A DNA stretch of 64,000 nt from Croceibacterium sp. (GTDB taxonomy: Bacteria; Pseudomonadota; Alphaproteobacteria; Sphingomonadales; Sphingomonadaceae), in the NCBI GenBank assembly GCA_035555595.1, contig DATMGK010000063.1, positions 7,244 through 71,243 on the forward strand. The letters run 5' to 3'. Position numbers and translations under genes: made by a program. Positions 48,476 through 57,938 of the stretch are shown piece by piece. Within the stretch, counting starts at the first letter, position 1; each line of letters opens with the position of its first letter. A model generated the notes under the pieces. That model saw only the letters and a program-made list of their open reading frames with translations, ran no database searches and was not told the origin of the DNA.

Positions 48476-51400
48476 TTATTCTGCGGGATGAGCCCGCGCC
48501 CGGTCGGCATGGGAATCTTCGGGACGGTAAGTCAGCATCCGCTGCCGCAGCCACGGGCCAAGCCGCTTTTCAAGGCCATCGGCCAGACTGAACCCCGCCG
48601 GCACGATCACCAGCGTCAGCAGCGTCGACAGCAGCAGGCCGCCGATGACCGTATAACCCATCGGCGCACGCCACGCGGCATCCCCGGAAATAGAGATTGC
48701 GGTGGGGACCATACCCGCCGTCATCGCCACGGTGGTCATCAAAATGGGCTGCGCGCGCTTGTGCCCGGCATCGATGATCGCGGCCTTCTTCGGAACGCCG
48801 CTTTCCATCTCCTCCAGCGCGAAGTCGATGAGAAGGATCGAGTTCTTGGCGACGATGCCCAGCAACATCAGAAGGCCGATATAAACCGCGATGGAAACCG
48901 GCTCTGGCTGGCCCGTTCGCACCACCCCAATGAGGACCAGCGCCAAGAGCCCGCCTAAGGGCGCAAGCAGAAGCGAGGTCATGTTGACCAGCGGCGAGAC
49001 AAAGCGCCGATAGAGCAGCACCAGCACAGCGAAGACCAGCAGGATACCGCTGACCACCGCGACGACGAAGTTCTGGATCAGCTCCTGCTGCCACTTCTCG
49101 TCACCCACGGGGGCATTCGATACGCCTGCGGGGAGATTTTCCATGATCGGCAGCTTGTTGATGGCGTCCTGCACCGGCCCTTTCAGCTGGCCGGGCGCAA
49201 GATCGGCACCGACGAAGATACGGCGCGATTGGTTGAAACGCTGGATCTGTGTCGGCCCCGCACCGAAGCGAATTTCCGCCACACGGCTAAGCGGGACCGA
49301 TCCACCTGCCGAAGTCTGCACCGGCAGATTTTCGATAGTGGAGAGATCACGCCGCGATTCCTTGGGCAGTACCACACGGATCGGCACCTGACGGTCGCTT
49401 AGCGAGAACTTGGCGGCATTCTGATCGATCTCGCCCAAGGTGGCGATACGAATGGCCTGGCTGAGCGCAGAAGTCGTGACGCCAAGCTGCGCCGCCAGAT
49501 CGAGCCGGGGGACAATGATCAGTTCCGGGCGCTGAAGGTCCGCGGCGATACGCGGAGCGACTACGCCGGGCACGCCCTGCATCTGTTCGGCCAGCGTCTG
49601 CGCGGTCGACTGCAGCAGTTCAGGATTGGAACCGTTGAGCATGACCGAGATGTCCCGGCCCGTGCCGCCGCCGCCCGATTGCGACGAGAAACTGATACGC
49701 GCGTCAGCGATCTCGTGCAGTTCGGGCAGTACGCGCCGTTCGAATTCCTGGCTGGTCACCTTGCGGTCTGCATTCAGCACGATGAAATGGTTGGCGGATC
49801 CTTCGCTGATCCGCTCCAGAATACGCCCGACTTCAGGCTGCTTTTCCATGATGCGCGCAACCTGAGAAGAAACCACCTCCGTCTGTTCGATAGTGGTGCC
49901 GGGCACCATCTCGACATTCAGGCGGCTGGTATCCTCGTCCGTCGTCGGCTGGAACTGCTGGGGCAAGTTCATCAGCAACGCAACTGTCAGGGCGAGAGCA
50001 CCGATGCCCCCAAGGAACATCCAGAACCGATGATCGCGGAAACGGCCCCGCACCTTGTACACATGCCACTTGCCGAACCCTTGGGACGACACGGACACAA
50101 ACGCGCGCAGGACCAGCCACATCGCCACGCCCAAGGCGAACGCGATCGCGAGCACGATCGTGCTGCCCAGATCACCCAGCCCGAACGAGTCAGGGCTGAC
50201 AATAAGGAACAACGGCAGGCCGACGATAAACACTGTGAACAGGAATTCGAGCGGGAGATACCACCAACGCTCCACATCGGGCCGGTCATGCCGCGTGCGG
50301 AATTCATTAACCTTGCGCGTGTCCAGCGTCCAGCGGAGGAGCGCCATATAGCGGTCCATCATCCGCCCTTCGCCATGGGTGGCATGCCCTTTGGCCTGAA
50401 GGAAATAGGCAGCAATCATCGGCGTGATCATCCGCGCCACCGCAAGGCTGAGCAGCACCGCCGCGACCACGGTGAGGCCGAAGTTCTTGAAGAACTGGCC
50501 CGAAATGCCCGGCATCAGACCCACCGGAAGGAACACGGCGACGATCGAAAGGCTGGTGGCCACAACAGCCAGGCCGATTTCGTCAGCCGCGTCGATCGAT
50601 GCCTGATAGGCGCTTTTGCCCATACGCATGTGGCGCACGATATTCTCGATCTCAACGATCGCGTCGTCCACCAGGACGCCCGCGACGAGGCTGAGCGCCA
50701 GCAGGGTCATCTGGTTGAGCGTGAAGCCCAGCATGTCCATGAACCAGAACGTCGGTATCGCAGACAGCGGGATGGCCAGCGCCGCAATCACCGTTGCGCG
50801 CCAGTCCCGCAGGAACAGGAACACCACGATAACGGCCAGGATGGCCCCTTCAACCAGCGCGGCGATGGAGCTTTCGTATTGCTCCTTCGTATAGTCCACG
50901 TTGGTGAAAAGCTGGGTGAAGCGGATGCCCGGATTATCCGCTTCGATGGACTTCATTTCCTCAATGGCAGCGTCATAGACGGTAACGTCCGAAGCGCCCT
51001 TAGCGCGCTCTATGCCGAAGGTGACGACCTGGCGGCCATTTAGCTTGGCAATGGACGTCTGTTCCGAGAAGCCGTCATAGACATTGGCGACCTGATCCAG
51101 CCTGATCGTGCGCCCGCTGCCGAGGCTGATGCGGGTGTTCGAAAGCTGCAGCGCGGTGTCCGCGTTGCCAAGCACGCGAACAGACTGGCGCGAACCGGCA
51201 ATCTCCGCCGCGCCGCCCGCCGCGTCCGTGTTCACCTGCCTCAGCGCCGTGTTGATCTGGCTTGCGGTGACGCCCAGCGACTGCATCCGCGCCGGGTCCA
51301 GCACCACCCGGATTTCGCGGTCTACACCGCCTGAGCGGCCGACAGAGGCCATGCCTTCGATCGACAGCAGGCGGCGCGCGATCGTGTCGTCGATGAACCA

Positions 51401-51874
51401 GCTGAGCTGTTCCATCGTCATGTCATCGGCCGACACCGCGAAATAGCCGATCGGGCCATTGCCGCCGACTTCGATCTTGCTGACGCGCGGTTCCAGAATA
51501 CCGTCAGGCAGATCACCGCGAATCTGGTCGACGGCGTTCTTTACGTCGTTAACGGCCTGGTTCGAATCCACGCCGATCTGGAACTGAACGGAGGTATTGC
51601 TGCTGCCTTCGCGCGCAGTGGACTGAATCTCGTCCACCCCATTCACCGACCTGACGGCGGCTTCGACCTTCTGCGTGATCTGCGTCTCGATCTCCGTCGG
51701 CGAGGCGCCGGGCTGGCTGATCGTGACGTTGACCGCCGGGAAATCGATATCAGGGCTGTCGTTGACGTCCATTCCGCTGAACGAGACAAGCCCCGCCAGC
51801 GTCAATCCGATGAAGATGACGATCGGAACGATCGGGTTACGGATCGACCACGCGGAAATGTAACGCAGGTTCAT
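48476..51874 (-). CDS. efflux RND transporter permease subunit (unusually long, 1132 aa)
   Basis: The N-terminus [28 protein letters not shown] and duplicated RND halves match the family. An extra ~95-aa hydrophobic insert lies between the TM6 and TM7 regions. Confidence 0.9.
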   Translation of the reverse strand: MNLRYISAWSIRNPIVPIVIFIGLTLAGLVSFSGMDVNDSPDIDFPAVNVTISQPGASPTEIETQITQKVEAAVRSVNGVDEIQSTAREGSSNTSVQFQIGVDSNQAVNDVKNAVDQIRGDLPDGILEPRVSKIEVGGNGPIGYFAVSADDMTMEQLSWFIDDTIARRLLSIEGMASVGRSGGVDREIRVVLDPARMQSLGVTASQINTALRQVNTDAAGGAAEIAGSRQSVRVLGNADTALQLSNTRISLGSGRTIRLDQVANVYDGFSEQTSIAKLNGRQVVTFGIERAKGASDVTVYDAAIEEMKSIEADNPGIRFTQLFTNVDYTKEQYESSIAALVEGAILAVIVVFLFLRDWRATVIAALAIPLSAIPTFWFMDMLGFTLNQMTLLALSLVAGVLVDDAIVEIENIVRHMRMGKSAYQASIDAADEIGLAVVATSLSIVAVFLPVGLMPGISGQFFKNFGLTVVAAVLLSLAVARMITPMIAAYFLQAKGHATHGEGRMMDRYMALLRWTLDTRKVNEFRTRHDRPDVERWWYLPLEFLFTVFIVGLPLFLIVSPDSFGLGDLGSTIVLAIAFALGVAMWLVLRAFVSVSSQGFGKWHVYKVRGRFRDHRFWMFLGGIGALALTVALLMNLPQQFQPTTDEDTSRLNVEMVPGTTIEQTEVVSSQVARIMEKQPEVGRILERISEGSANHFIVLNADRKVTSQEFERRVLPELHEIADARISFSSQSGGGGTGRDISVMLNGSNPELLQSTAQTLAEQMQGVPGVVAPRIAADLQRPELIIVPRLDLAAQLGVTTSALSQAIRIATLGEIDQNAAKFSLSDRQVPIRVVLPKESRRDLSTIENLPVQTSAGGSVPLSRVAEIRFGAGPTQIQRFNQSRRIFVGADLAPGQLKGPVQDAINKLPIMENLPAGVSNAPVGDEKWQQELIQNFVVAVVSGILLVFAVLVLLYRRFVSPLVNMTSLLLAPLGGLLALVLIGVVRTGQPEPVSIAVYIGLLMLLGIVAKNSILLIDFALEEMESGVPKKAAIIDAGHKRAQPILMTTVAMTAGMVPTAISISGDAAWRAPMGYTVIGGLLLSTLLTLVIVPAGFSLADGLEKRLGPWLRQRMLTYRPEDSHADRARAHPAE

Positions 51875-53082
51875 TGGTTGGCAGCCTGCTCCGTTCCGGC
51901 TCCGGTCATGCGGACCGGCTTCACGCGGTCGCCTTCGTTCAGGAAGCCGCCTGCACGGGCAATCACGTTCTCGCTTCCATCCAGACCGGCGACGACGGCA
52001 ATACCTTCTTCCGTCACGATGCCGGTCCTGACGTTGCGCCGTTCCACCCGGTTATCCTTGTTGACGACATAGACATAGCTGCCCTTCTCGTCGGATTGGA
52101 TCGCGCTTTCCGGAAGCCGCGGGGCCACGATGGCGCCACGGGCGATCTCCGCCGATGCGAAGCCGCCGGGGCGCAACGCCGGATCGTAGGGAAGCAGTAT
52201 CCGCGCGGACCCTTGCCGGGTCTGCGGATCGATCACCTGCGGAAGCTGCCAGATGCGGCCCACAAAGCTCTTGTCGCTGCCAACGGGGACGATGGTTGCC
52301 GTGGTGCCGACGGAAACCGCCGCCAAATCATCCTCGTTCATCGCTGCGAGCAGTTCCATCTCGCCGCCCTGGGCCATGGTAAACGGAGCAGTGGCGCCTG
52401 CGCCCAGAACCTGCCCCACTTCGACATTGCGTTCGAGAATGAGCCCGGCGACCGGAGCGACGATATTAAGCCGCGCGTTGCGGGCCAGCAGTTCTCGATA
52501 TTGTGCTTCCGCCACTTTCACGCGCGCCACGGCAGCATCGCGGGTGGCGGTCAGCCGATCCACATCAGCCTTGGAAATGAAACCACGGTCGACCAGTTGC
52601 AGCGCCCGGTCCAGATTGGACTGCGCGAGATCGGCATCAGCCTTGGCAACATCGATCTGCGCGGCTGAACTCAACGCTTGCTGGCTCTGCACCGAACGGT
52701 CGATAACGGCCAGCACCTGACCGGCGCGGACCCAGTCGCCCGCCTCGACCGGAACGGAAACGACCCGGCCACCGTCGCCGACGACGCCGACAGCGATCTC
52801 ACGTCGCGCAGCCAGCGATCCGGTGGCGCTGATTGCGCCCTGCACGGTGGCCCTGCCCGGCGCGATGATGGAAACGGTCGGCACCTGATCCCCTTCCGGG
52901 GCAGGAAAGGCCGATTCTTCACCTCGCCCGAAGTAAAGCAGGGAGCCACCCGCAAGCAGCGCGAGAATCACTATGGCGATGACGAGCATTCGCCGCCGCC
53001 GGGCGCGGCCGTCTACAGCACCGAGTTCATCCGACACGTCTTCGGTGCCGCTCAGGTCAGCCACTGTGGTTTCGTAGTTCAT
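51871..53082 (-). CDS. efflux RND transporter periplasmic adaptor subunit
   Basis: N-terminal anchor, a lipoyl/coiled-coil hairpin (AQSNLDRALQLVDRGFISKADVDRLTA...AEAQYRELLAR) and a beta-barrel. There is a 4-nt overlap with the permease gene. Confidence 0.88.
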   Translation of the reverse strand: MNYETTVADLSGTEDVSDELGAVDGRARRRRMLVIAIVILALLAGGSLLYFGRGEESAFPAPEGDQVPTVSIIAPGRATVQGAISATGSLAARREIAVGVVGDGGRVVSVPVEAGDWVRAGQVLAVIDRSVQSQQALSSAAQIDVAKADADLAQSNLDRALQLVDRGFISKADVDRLTATRDAAVARVKVAEAQYRELLARNARLNIVAPVAGLILERNVEVGQVLGAGATAPFTMAQGGEMELLAAMNEDDLAAVSVGTTATIVPVGSDKSFVGRIWQLPQVIDPQTRQGSARILLPYDPALRPGGFASAEIARGAIVAPRLPESAIQSDEKGSYVYVVNKDNRVERRNVRTGIVTEEGIAVVAGLDGSENVIARAGGFLNEGDRVKPVRMTGAGTEQAANQ

Positions 53083-53265
53083 GCGCGGATCGCCTCATCG
53101 CCTCGGCCCGACCTCTCTACGGCAGAGACCATATCACGTTTGCCTGCACCGCACATGCGTTGCAGGCGTTCGTTGTTGCCGCATAGCCGTGCCCGATCCT
53201 GACCGCAACGCGGCAACTTTGCCGCACCTGCGGTATCATGCCCGCATGGCAGTAATACCAAGCGC

Positions 53266-53305
53266 AAAAACAAGGCGGGACCGAACTTTCGCCCGGCCCC
53301 GCCTT
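53266..53305 (-). terminator. intrinsic terminator after glsB/yeaQ-like gene
   Basis: The minus strand reads AAGGCGGG-(18 nt)-CCCGCCTT-G-TTTTT. Confidence 0.65.
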
Positions 53306-53341
53306 CACTTGTATTAAATTGTCTCTGAAGCGAATTCGGGC

Positions 53342-53608
53342 TTAGCGAACCCGTCCACGCTGGACCAGATTGACGATGGCGAGCAGTACGATCGCCCCGA
53401 CCACCGCTACGAGCAGGCCGGCGAGCGAAAATTCCTGCACAGACGTGGAAATGCCGAGCAGCGGCCCTGCCAGCAGATTGCCGATCAGCGAACCGATGAT
53501 GCCAACCACGATATTCCAGAAGATACCCATGGATGCGTCACGGTTCATGACCATGCTGGCCAGCCAGCCTGCGACGCCGCCGACGATTAGCGCGATGATC
53601 CATCCCAT
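53342..53608 (-). CDS. GlsB/YeaQ/YmgE-family stress-response membrane protein
   Basis: From the ATG at 53608 (AGGAGGA SD): MGWIIALIVGGVAGWLASMVMNRDASMGIFWNIVVGIIGSLIGNLL..., 88 aa, a classic family pattern. Confidence 0.82.
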   Translation of the reverse strand: MGWIIALIVGGVAGWLASMVMNRDASMGIFWNIVVGIIGSLIGNLLAGPLLGISTSVQEFSLAGLLVAVVGAIVLLAIVNLVQRGRVR

Positions 53609-53651
53609 AAAGCCGTTCCTCCTGTTGGCGCATCCTGCAGCGCGCCTTTGA

Positions 53652-53676
53652 AACGGCGAGCGGCCGGATGCGTTCC
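53652..53676 (-). promoter_or_regulatory. EcfG-type (general stress response ECF sigma) promoter
   Basis: The minus strand reads GGAAC-gcatccggccgctcgc-CGTT. This is an exact match to the alphaproteobacterial GGAAC-N16-CGTT consensus and lies about 45 nt upstream of the glsB/yeaQ-like ATG. Confidence 0.6.
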
Positions 53677-53759
53677 CCGCGGCAGCGCCATCGGGAGGAG
53701 GAATGTTGCGCCTTAAGACGCCGGAGGCCAAGTAAATTGAGGTTTCGCGCCTGAGCCGC

Positions 53760-54059
53760 TCAGTATTTGAGCTGGCGTTCGTAGAGGTCGCGATAGTGCT
53801 GGATACGGGTGACCCGCAGGCCCTGCATCCCCGAACGATCCACCGCGCGCTGCCAGCCCGCGAATTCCTCAAGAGTCAGATTATACCGCTCCAGAACCTC
53901 GTCGATGGTCAGCAGGCCACCATTGACGGCAGCGACCACTTCGGCCTTGCGACGCACGACCCAGCGCTTCGTCGCGGGCGACGGCAGGTCTGCGATAGTC
54001 AGCGGCTCTCCGAGCGGGCCGATGACCTGGGCCGGGCGGATTTTCTGGTTCTCGATCAT
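53760..54059 (-). CDS. sciP: DUF1153-family protein, SciP-like CtrA inhibitor
   Basis: 99 aa. VIGPLGEPLTIADLPSPATKRWVVRRKAEVVAAVNGGLLTIDEVLERYNLTLEEFAGWQ matches my recollection of Caulobacter SciP/DUF1153. Confidence 0.68.
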   Translation of the reverse strand: MIENQKIRPAQVIGPLGEPLTIADLPSPATKRWVVRRKAEVVAAVNGGLLTIDEVLERYNLTLEEFAGWQRAVDRSGMQGLRVTRIQHYRDLYERQLKY

Positions 54060-54382
54060 TTACTTCCTCGCAGGCCCGGCACGACGCCATCGCCGGCACC
54101 CTTTATTATTCCATCCCCCGGTGTGCCTTGCCCGACTTTGCCAATGCCTGAATCTTCAAGGTTAACAGGACGCTTACCATTGAGGTCAGCGACAATCCGC
54201 CCCGCGCTACCCGAATCAAAACTTGCTTCGACATCGTCCGGCGCCTGACCGATGCGTCCCCGCGAAAGCTGCAGGCGCGCGACCAGATCGGCCCAGGTCA
54301 GTTCACGCAGGAACTCCCCCTCTCCGCCCTCACTGCCGAGAGCCCGGGCATCGCCCTGCCGAGGTGGTTTTCCTTCGAACAT
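54056..54382 (-). CDS. hypothetical protein (weak call)
   Basis: 108-aa ORF whose stop overlaps the sciP-like ATG (ATGA). The first half has genome-typical GC3 codons. The second half uses atypical codons (ATA ATA AAG, GTT, AAT). No family recognised. Confidence 0.35.
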   Translation of the reverse strand: MFEGKPPRQGDARALGSEGGEGEFLRELTWADLVARLQLSRGRIGQAPDDVEASFDSGSAGRIVADLNGKRPVNLEDSGIGKVGQGTPGDGIIKGAGDGVVPGLRGSK

Positions 54383-54489
54383 GGGCTTGAACTAAACGGG
54401 AGTGGTCAAGATCAGGTAAACTGGCGGTTTACCTCGCGTTAGCCTGCGGATTTGCCCCTTGGCCCCCTGCGGGTGTAAGGGCGCGCGAA

Positions 54490-55635
54490 ATGCCCACCAC
54501 CACGATAGCCCAGACGGAACGCGCCACGTTGTTCGACCTGCCTCGCCCCCCTGCGGCGAGCCGTATCGTCGTGGCGATGTCGGGCGGGGTGGACAGTTCC
54601 GTCGTCGCGGCGCTGGCGGCGGCGAGCGGCGCGGAGACCATCGGCGTCACGTTGCAGCTTTACGATTATGGCGCGGCGACAGGACGCAAGGGCGCATGCT
54701 GCGCGGGTGACGACATCCGCGATGCGCGCGCGGTGGCTGACCGTCTGGGCATCGCGCACTATGTGTTCGATCACGAGAGCGCGTTCCGTGAAGATGTGGT
54801 CGAACGTTTTGCAGACGACTACCTTGCCGGGCGCACGCCCATTCCCTGCGTTCGCTGCAACATGGGGCCGAAGTTCACCGATCTGCTGCACATGGCGCGG
54901 GAACTGGGGGCGGATTGCCTGGCCACCGGCCACTATGTGCGGCGCGTTGCGGGCGCTGGCGGTCCGGAACTTCACAAGGCCATCGACCCGGCGCGCGACC
55001 AGTCATACTTCCTGTTCGCCACGACTGAGGAGCAGCTGGATTACCTGCGCTTCCCACTGGGCGGCATGCCCAAGGCCGAAGTGCGGCGGATCGCGGAGGA
55101 ATTCGGCCTCCGCGTGGCGGGCAAGCCCGACAGTCAGGACATCTGTTTCGTTCCCGATGGCGACTATGCCCGCGTGGTGCGATCACTGCGGCCCGACGGC
55201 GCGCAAGCGGGGCGTATCGTCCATGCCGAAACAGGCGAGGCGCTGGGCGACCATGCCGGTGTGATCCACTATACCGTAGGGCAGCGGCGCGGGCTGGAGA
55301 TCGGCGGACAGGCGGAACCGCTTTACGTCGTGGGTCTGGATGCGGAAGCAGCGGAAGTACGCGTCGGCCCGCGGCGCCTGCTTGCGGTCGGCGCCGCGCG
55401 TTTGCTGGAAACCAACCGGATCGGGCCACTCCCCGACGCTCCGCTGACAGCAAGGGTCCGATCGATGGCGAAGCCGGTGACGGTCGTGCTGGATGGCCCG
55501 CTGGGCGAAGGGCGGCCTGCGACTATTCGTTTCGTGGAGCCTGAATACGGCGTTGCGCCGGGGCAGGCGGCAGTGATCTATGCCGGGGACCGGGTGGTGG
55601 GCGGCGGCTGGATCGACAGCACAGAACCCGCCTGA
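54490..55635 (+). CDS. mnmA: tRNA 2-thiouridine(34) synthase
   Basis: PP-loop [12 protein letters not shown], the [10 protein letters not shown] cysteine motif and DSQDICF. Confidence 0.94.
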   Translation: MPTTTIAQTERATLFDLPRPPAASRIVVAMSGGVDSSVVAALAAASGAETIGVTLQLYDYGAATGRKGACCAGDDIRDARAVADRLGIAHYVFDHESAFREDVVERFADDYLAGRTPIPCVRCNMGPKFTDLLHMARELGADCLATGHYVRRVAGAGGPELHKAIDPARDQSYFLFATTEEQLDYLRFPLGGMPKAEVRRIAEEFGLRVAGKPDSQDICFVPDGDYARVVRSLRPDGAQAGRIVHAETGEALGDHAGVIHYTVGQRRGLEIGGQAEPLYVVGLDAEAAEVRVGPRRLLAVGAARLLETNRIGPLPDAPLTARVRSMAKPVTVVLDGPLGEGRPATIRFVEPEYGVAPGQAAVIYAGDRVVGGGWIDSTEPA

Positions 55636-55636
55636 G

Positions 55637-55984
55637 CTATTCGTCCCACGGATCGAGTACGCAGCCGAAACCCTCGCGATAACGGGCCGTGGCGCTGGCC
55701 AGCAGCGGCACCCGGGCGGTGACGGCCTTCGCCTCGTCATCATCGCTCAGGAATACGAGCGCCATGCCGGGTTCGAAATCCTTCTTGCAGTCACCAATCT
55801 CCCGCCCCGCGACATAGCGGCACGAACACGCAGTGCGCGCACCATAGGCGGTGCCGACCGTAGTGTAGCCCGCGATGGGATCACGGTAATACCATCCCAG
55901 CGCGCCGCCCAGCACGATGAGCGCCAGCGCCACGCTGGGCCATATACGACGGCGGGGTGTCGTCCTGTTCTTTGCGGTTGCCAT
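55637..55984 (-). CDS. hypothetical membrane-anchored protein
   Basis: MATAKNRTTPRRRIWPSVALALIVLGGALGWYY anchor followed by a Cys-containing soluble domain. An alternative start at 56017 would abut the divergent hydrolase ATG. Confidence 0.5.
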   Translation of the reverse strand: MATAKNRTTPRRRIWPSVALALIVLGGALGWYYRDPIAGYTTVGTAYGARTACSCRYVAGREIGDCKKDFEPGMALVFLSDDDEAKAVTARVPLLASATARYREGFGCVLDPWDE

Positions 55985-56016
55985 CGCCCGGTGCCTGAAG
56001 GAATAGGTGCGCGCCA

Positions 56017-57147
56017 ATGCCGCGCTTCACCCCCCCTAGCTTGCCCGTTGCCCTGCTGCCAGCCCTGCTCCTGCTCGGCTGCGGAGAGGCCGCGCCCGAA
56101 GGGCCGCCGCCAGTTCCGGCTGCGGCGATGGAAGCTGTCGCGGCAAAGCCGGGAGTGGACCGGGAGAAGCTGGCGCGCGCGGTGGATGCGCTGTTTACCC
56201 GCGAGGATATCGGGGAAACCCGCGCGGTGATCGTGATGCACGCGGGCGAAGTCGCGGCCGAACGATATTCGGAGGGTTACGGGCCGGACACGCGGTTCAT
56301 CGGCTGGTCGATGTCAAAGACGGTGACCGCCACGTTGATCGGGCTGCTGGTGGCGGAGGGGCGGCTGCGGCTGGACGATTCGCCGCCGATCCCGCGCTGG
56401 CAGCGGGCGGGCGATCCGCGCGGTGAGATCACCGTGCGCCAGTTGCTGCAGATGCGATCGGGCTTGCGGCACGAAGAGAAGGCGGAGCCGGTCTATACCT
56501 CTGGCGAAGTGCGGATGATGTTCCTGGACGGGCGCGACGACATGGCCGCATGGGCCGAGGCGCAGCCGCTGGCGCATGAGCCGGGCAGCACCTTTGCCTA
56601 TTCGACGCCCGATGCGCTGATTCTGGCGGATGCGGCCACGCGGATCATCGCGCCGAACGCGAATGCCGCCGCGCGCCAACGGGCAATGGCGGAGTTCCTC
56701 CATTCGCGGGTGGCGGTACCGCTGAAGATGGAATCGCTGATCGGCGAATACGACGCGGCGGGCACGCTGATGGGCGGATCGGCGATCTGGGCCAATGCGC
56801 GCGACTGGGCACGCTTTGGCGAGTTTCTGCGCCACAAGGGATCTGTGGGCGGCGCGCAGATCGTGCCGCGCGGGTGGATCGAGTTCATGACCCGCCCCAG
56901 CCCGCGCGCAGACGATTACGGCGCGATGTTGTGGCTCAACCGCCCGACCGAAAGCGGCCGCGACGTGCTGTTCGCGGATCGCGGGCCAGAGAGCGCATTC
57001 GCAGCGGTGGGTCATCTGGGCCAGTACATAGTGGTCGCCCCGGCACAGCGGCTGGTCGTGGTCCGCCTGGGCAAGACTGACGAGGATGACCGGGCGGCGC
57101 TGGTCGATGCTCTGGCCGAAGTCGTCGCGCTCTATACTTCTGCGTAG
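56017..57147 (+). CDS. serine hydrolase (beta-lactamase/transpeptidase-like) lipoprotein
   Basis: Lipobox LLLGCG and the active-site S-x-x-K in GWSMSKTVTATLIGLL. 376 aa. Confidence 0.8.
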   Translation: MPRFTPPSLPVALLPALLLLGCGEAAPEGPPPVPAAAMEAVAAKPGVDREKLARAVDALFTREDIGETRAVIVMHAGEVAAERYSEGYGPDTRFIGWSMSKTVTATLIGLLVAEGRLRLDDSPPIPRWQRAGDPRGEITVRQLLQMRSGLRHEEKAEPVYTSGEVRMMFLDGRDDMAAWAEAQPLAHEPGSTFAYSTPDALILADAATRIIAPNANAAARQRAMAEFLHSRVAVPLKMESLIGEYDAAGTLMGGSAIWANARDWARFGEFLRHKGSVGGAQIVPRGWIEFMTRPSPRADDYGAMLWLNRPTESGRDVLFADRGPESAFAAVGHLGQYIVVAPAQRLVVVRLGKTDEDDRAALVDALAEVVALYTSA

Positions 57148-57938
57148 AACGTCCCCTCGACCACCGTCACACATTCCCCGCCGAGCCAGACCCTGTCGCC
57201 ATCCAGCCGGCAAGCCAGATCGCCGCCCCGCGCCGATGCCTGATGCGCGGTAAAGCGATCGCGCCCGAGACGCGCGGCCCAGAACGGCCCCAGCACGGCG
57301 TGGGCCGATCCGGTTACGCTATCTTCATCCACGCCAGCGCCCGGCACGAAGACACGGCTGACGACATCCGTCGCGTTACCCGGCGCGGTGCAGATGAACT
57401 GATCATCACCCAGCGCGGCGAGTCCCTTCATGTCCGGCCTGAGGTCGCGCACCTCCGCTTCGCTGGCGAACAGGAACACGCTGTAGCGGTCATTGCTGCG
57501 CCAGATTTCCTGCGGGTTGCCACCGATCAGCGCCCCGGCTTCCAACCATTCGCCGGGTGTTGTGGGGATAGCGGGAAGAGCGAGTTCATAGCCGCCGCCC
57601 GCCATGCGCCGCACTTCCAGCAGACCTGCCTTGCGTGTGCGGAACATGACCCTGTCACTGTTTTGAGTTGCAAGCAGCACATGGCCGCTGGCCAGCGTGG
57701 CATGTCCGCACAGGCGTATTTCGCAGGCGGGGGTGAACCAGCGCAGTTCCCACTGTGCCTCACCGCCCGCATCCGGAACGACGAAGGCGGTTTCGGCGAA
57801 GTTGTTCTCCTCCGCGATGGCCTGCAACACCTGATCGGGCAGCCATTCCGTCAGCGGCATGACGGCCGCCTGATTACCGGCAAAGGGCCGGTCGGCGAAG
57901 GCATCGACATGCCAGTAGGGGATGGAGAGACGGCTCAT
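57132..57938 (-). CDS. PhzF-family isomerase
   Basis: YWHVDAFADRPFAGNQAAV N-terminus, FAETAF and GHATLA motifs. There is a convergent 16-nt overlap with the hydrolase gene. Confidence 0.85.
   Translation of the reverse strand: MSRLSIPYWHVDAFADRPFAGNQAAVMPLTEWLPDQVLQAIAEENNFAETAFVVPDAGGEAQWELRWFTPACEIRLCGHATLASGHVLLATQNSDRVMFRTRKAGLLEVRRMAGGGYELALPAIPTTPGEWLEAGALIGGNPQEIWRSNDRYSVFLFASEAEVRDLRPDMKGLAALGDDQFICTAPGNATDVVSRVFVPGAGVDEDSVTGSAHAVLGPFWAARLGRDRFTAHQASARGGDLACRLDGDRVWLGGECVTVVEGTFYAEV

Noticed and set aside
49679-51043. 454-aa plus-strand ORF inside the RND permease gene
   Set aside because: It is the antisense mirror frame of the permease and has no motifs.
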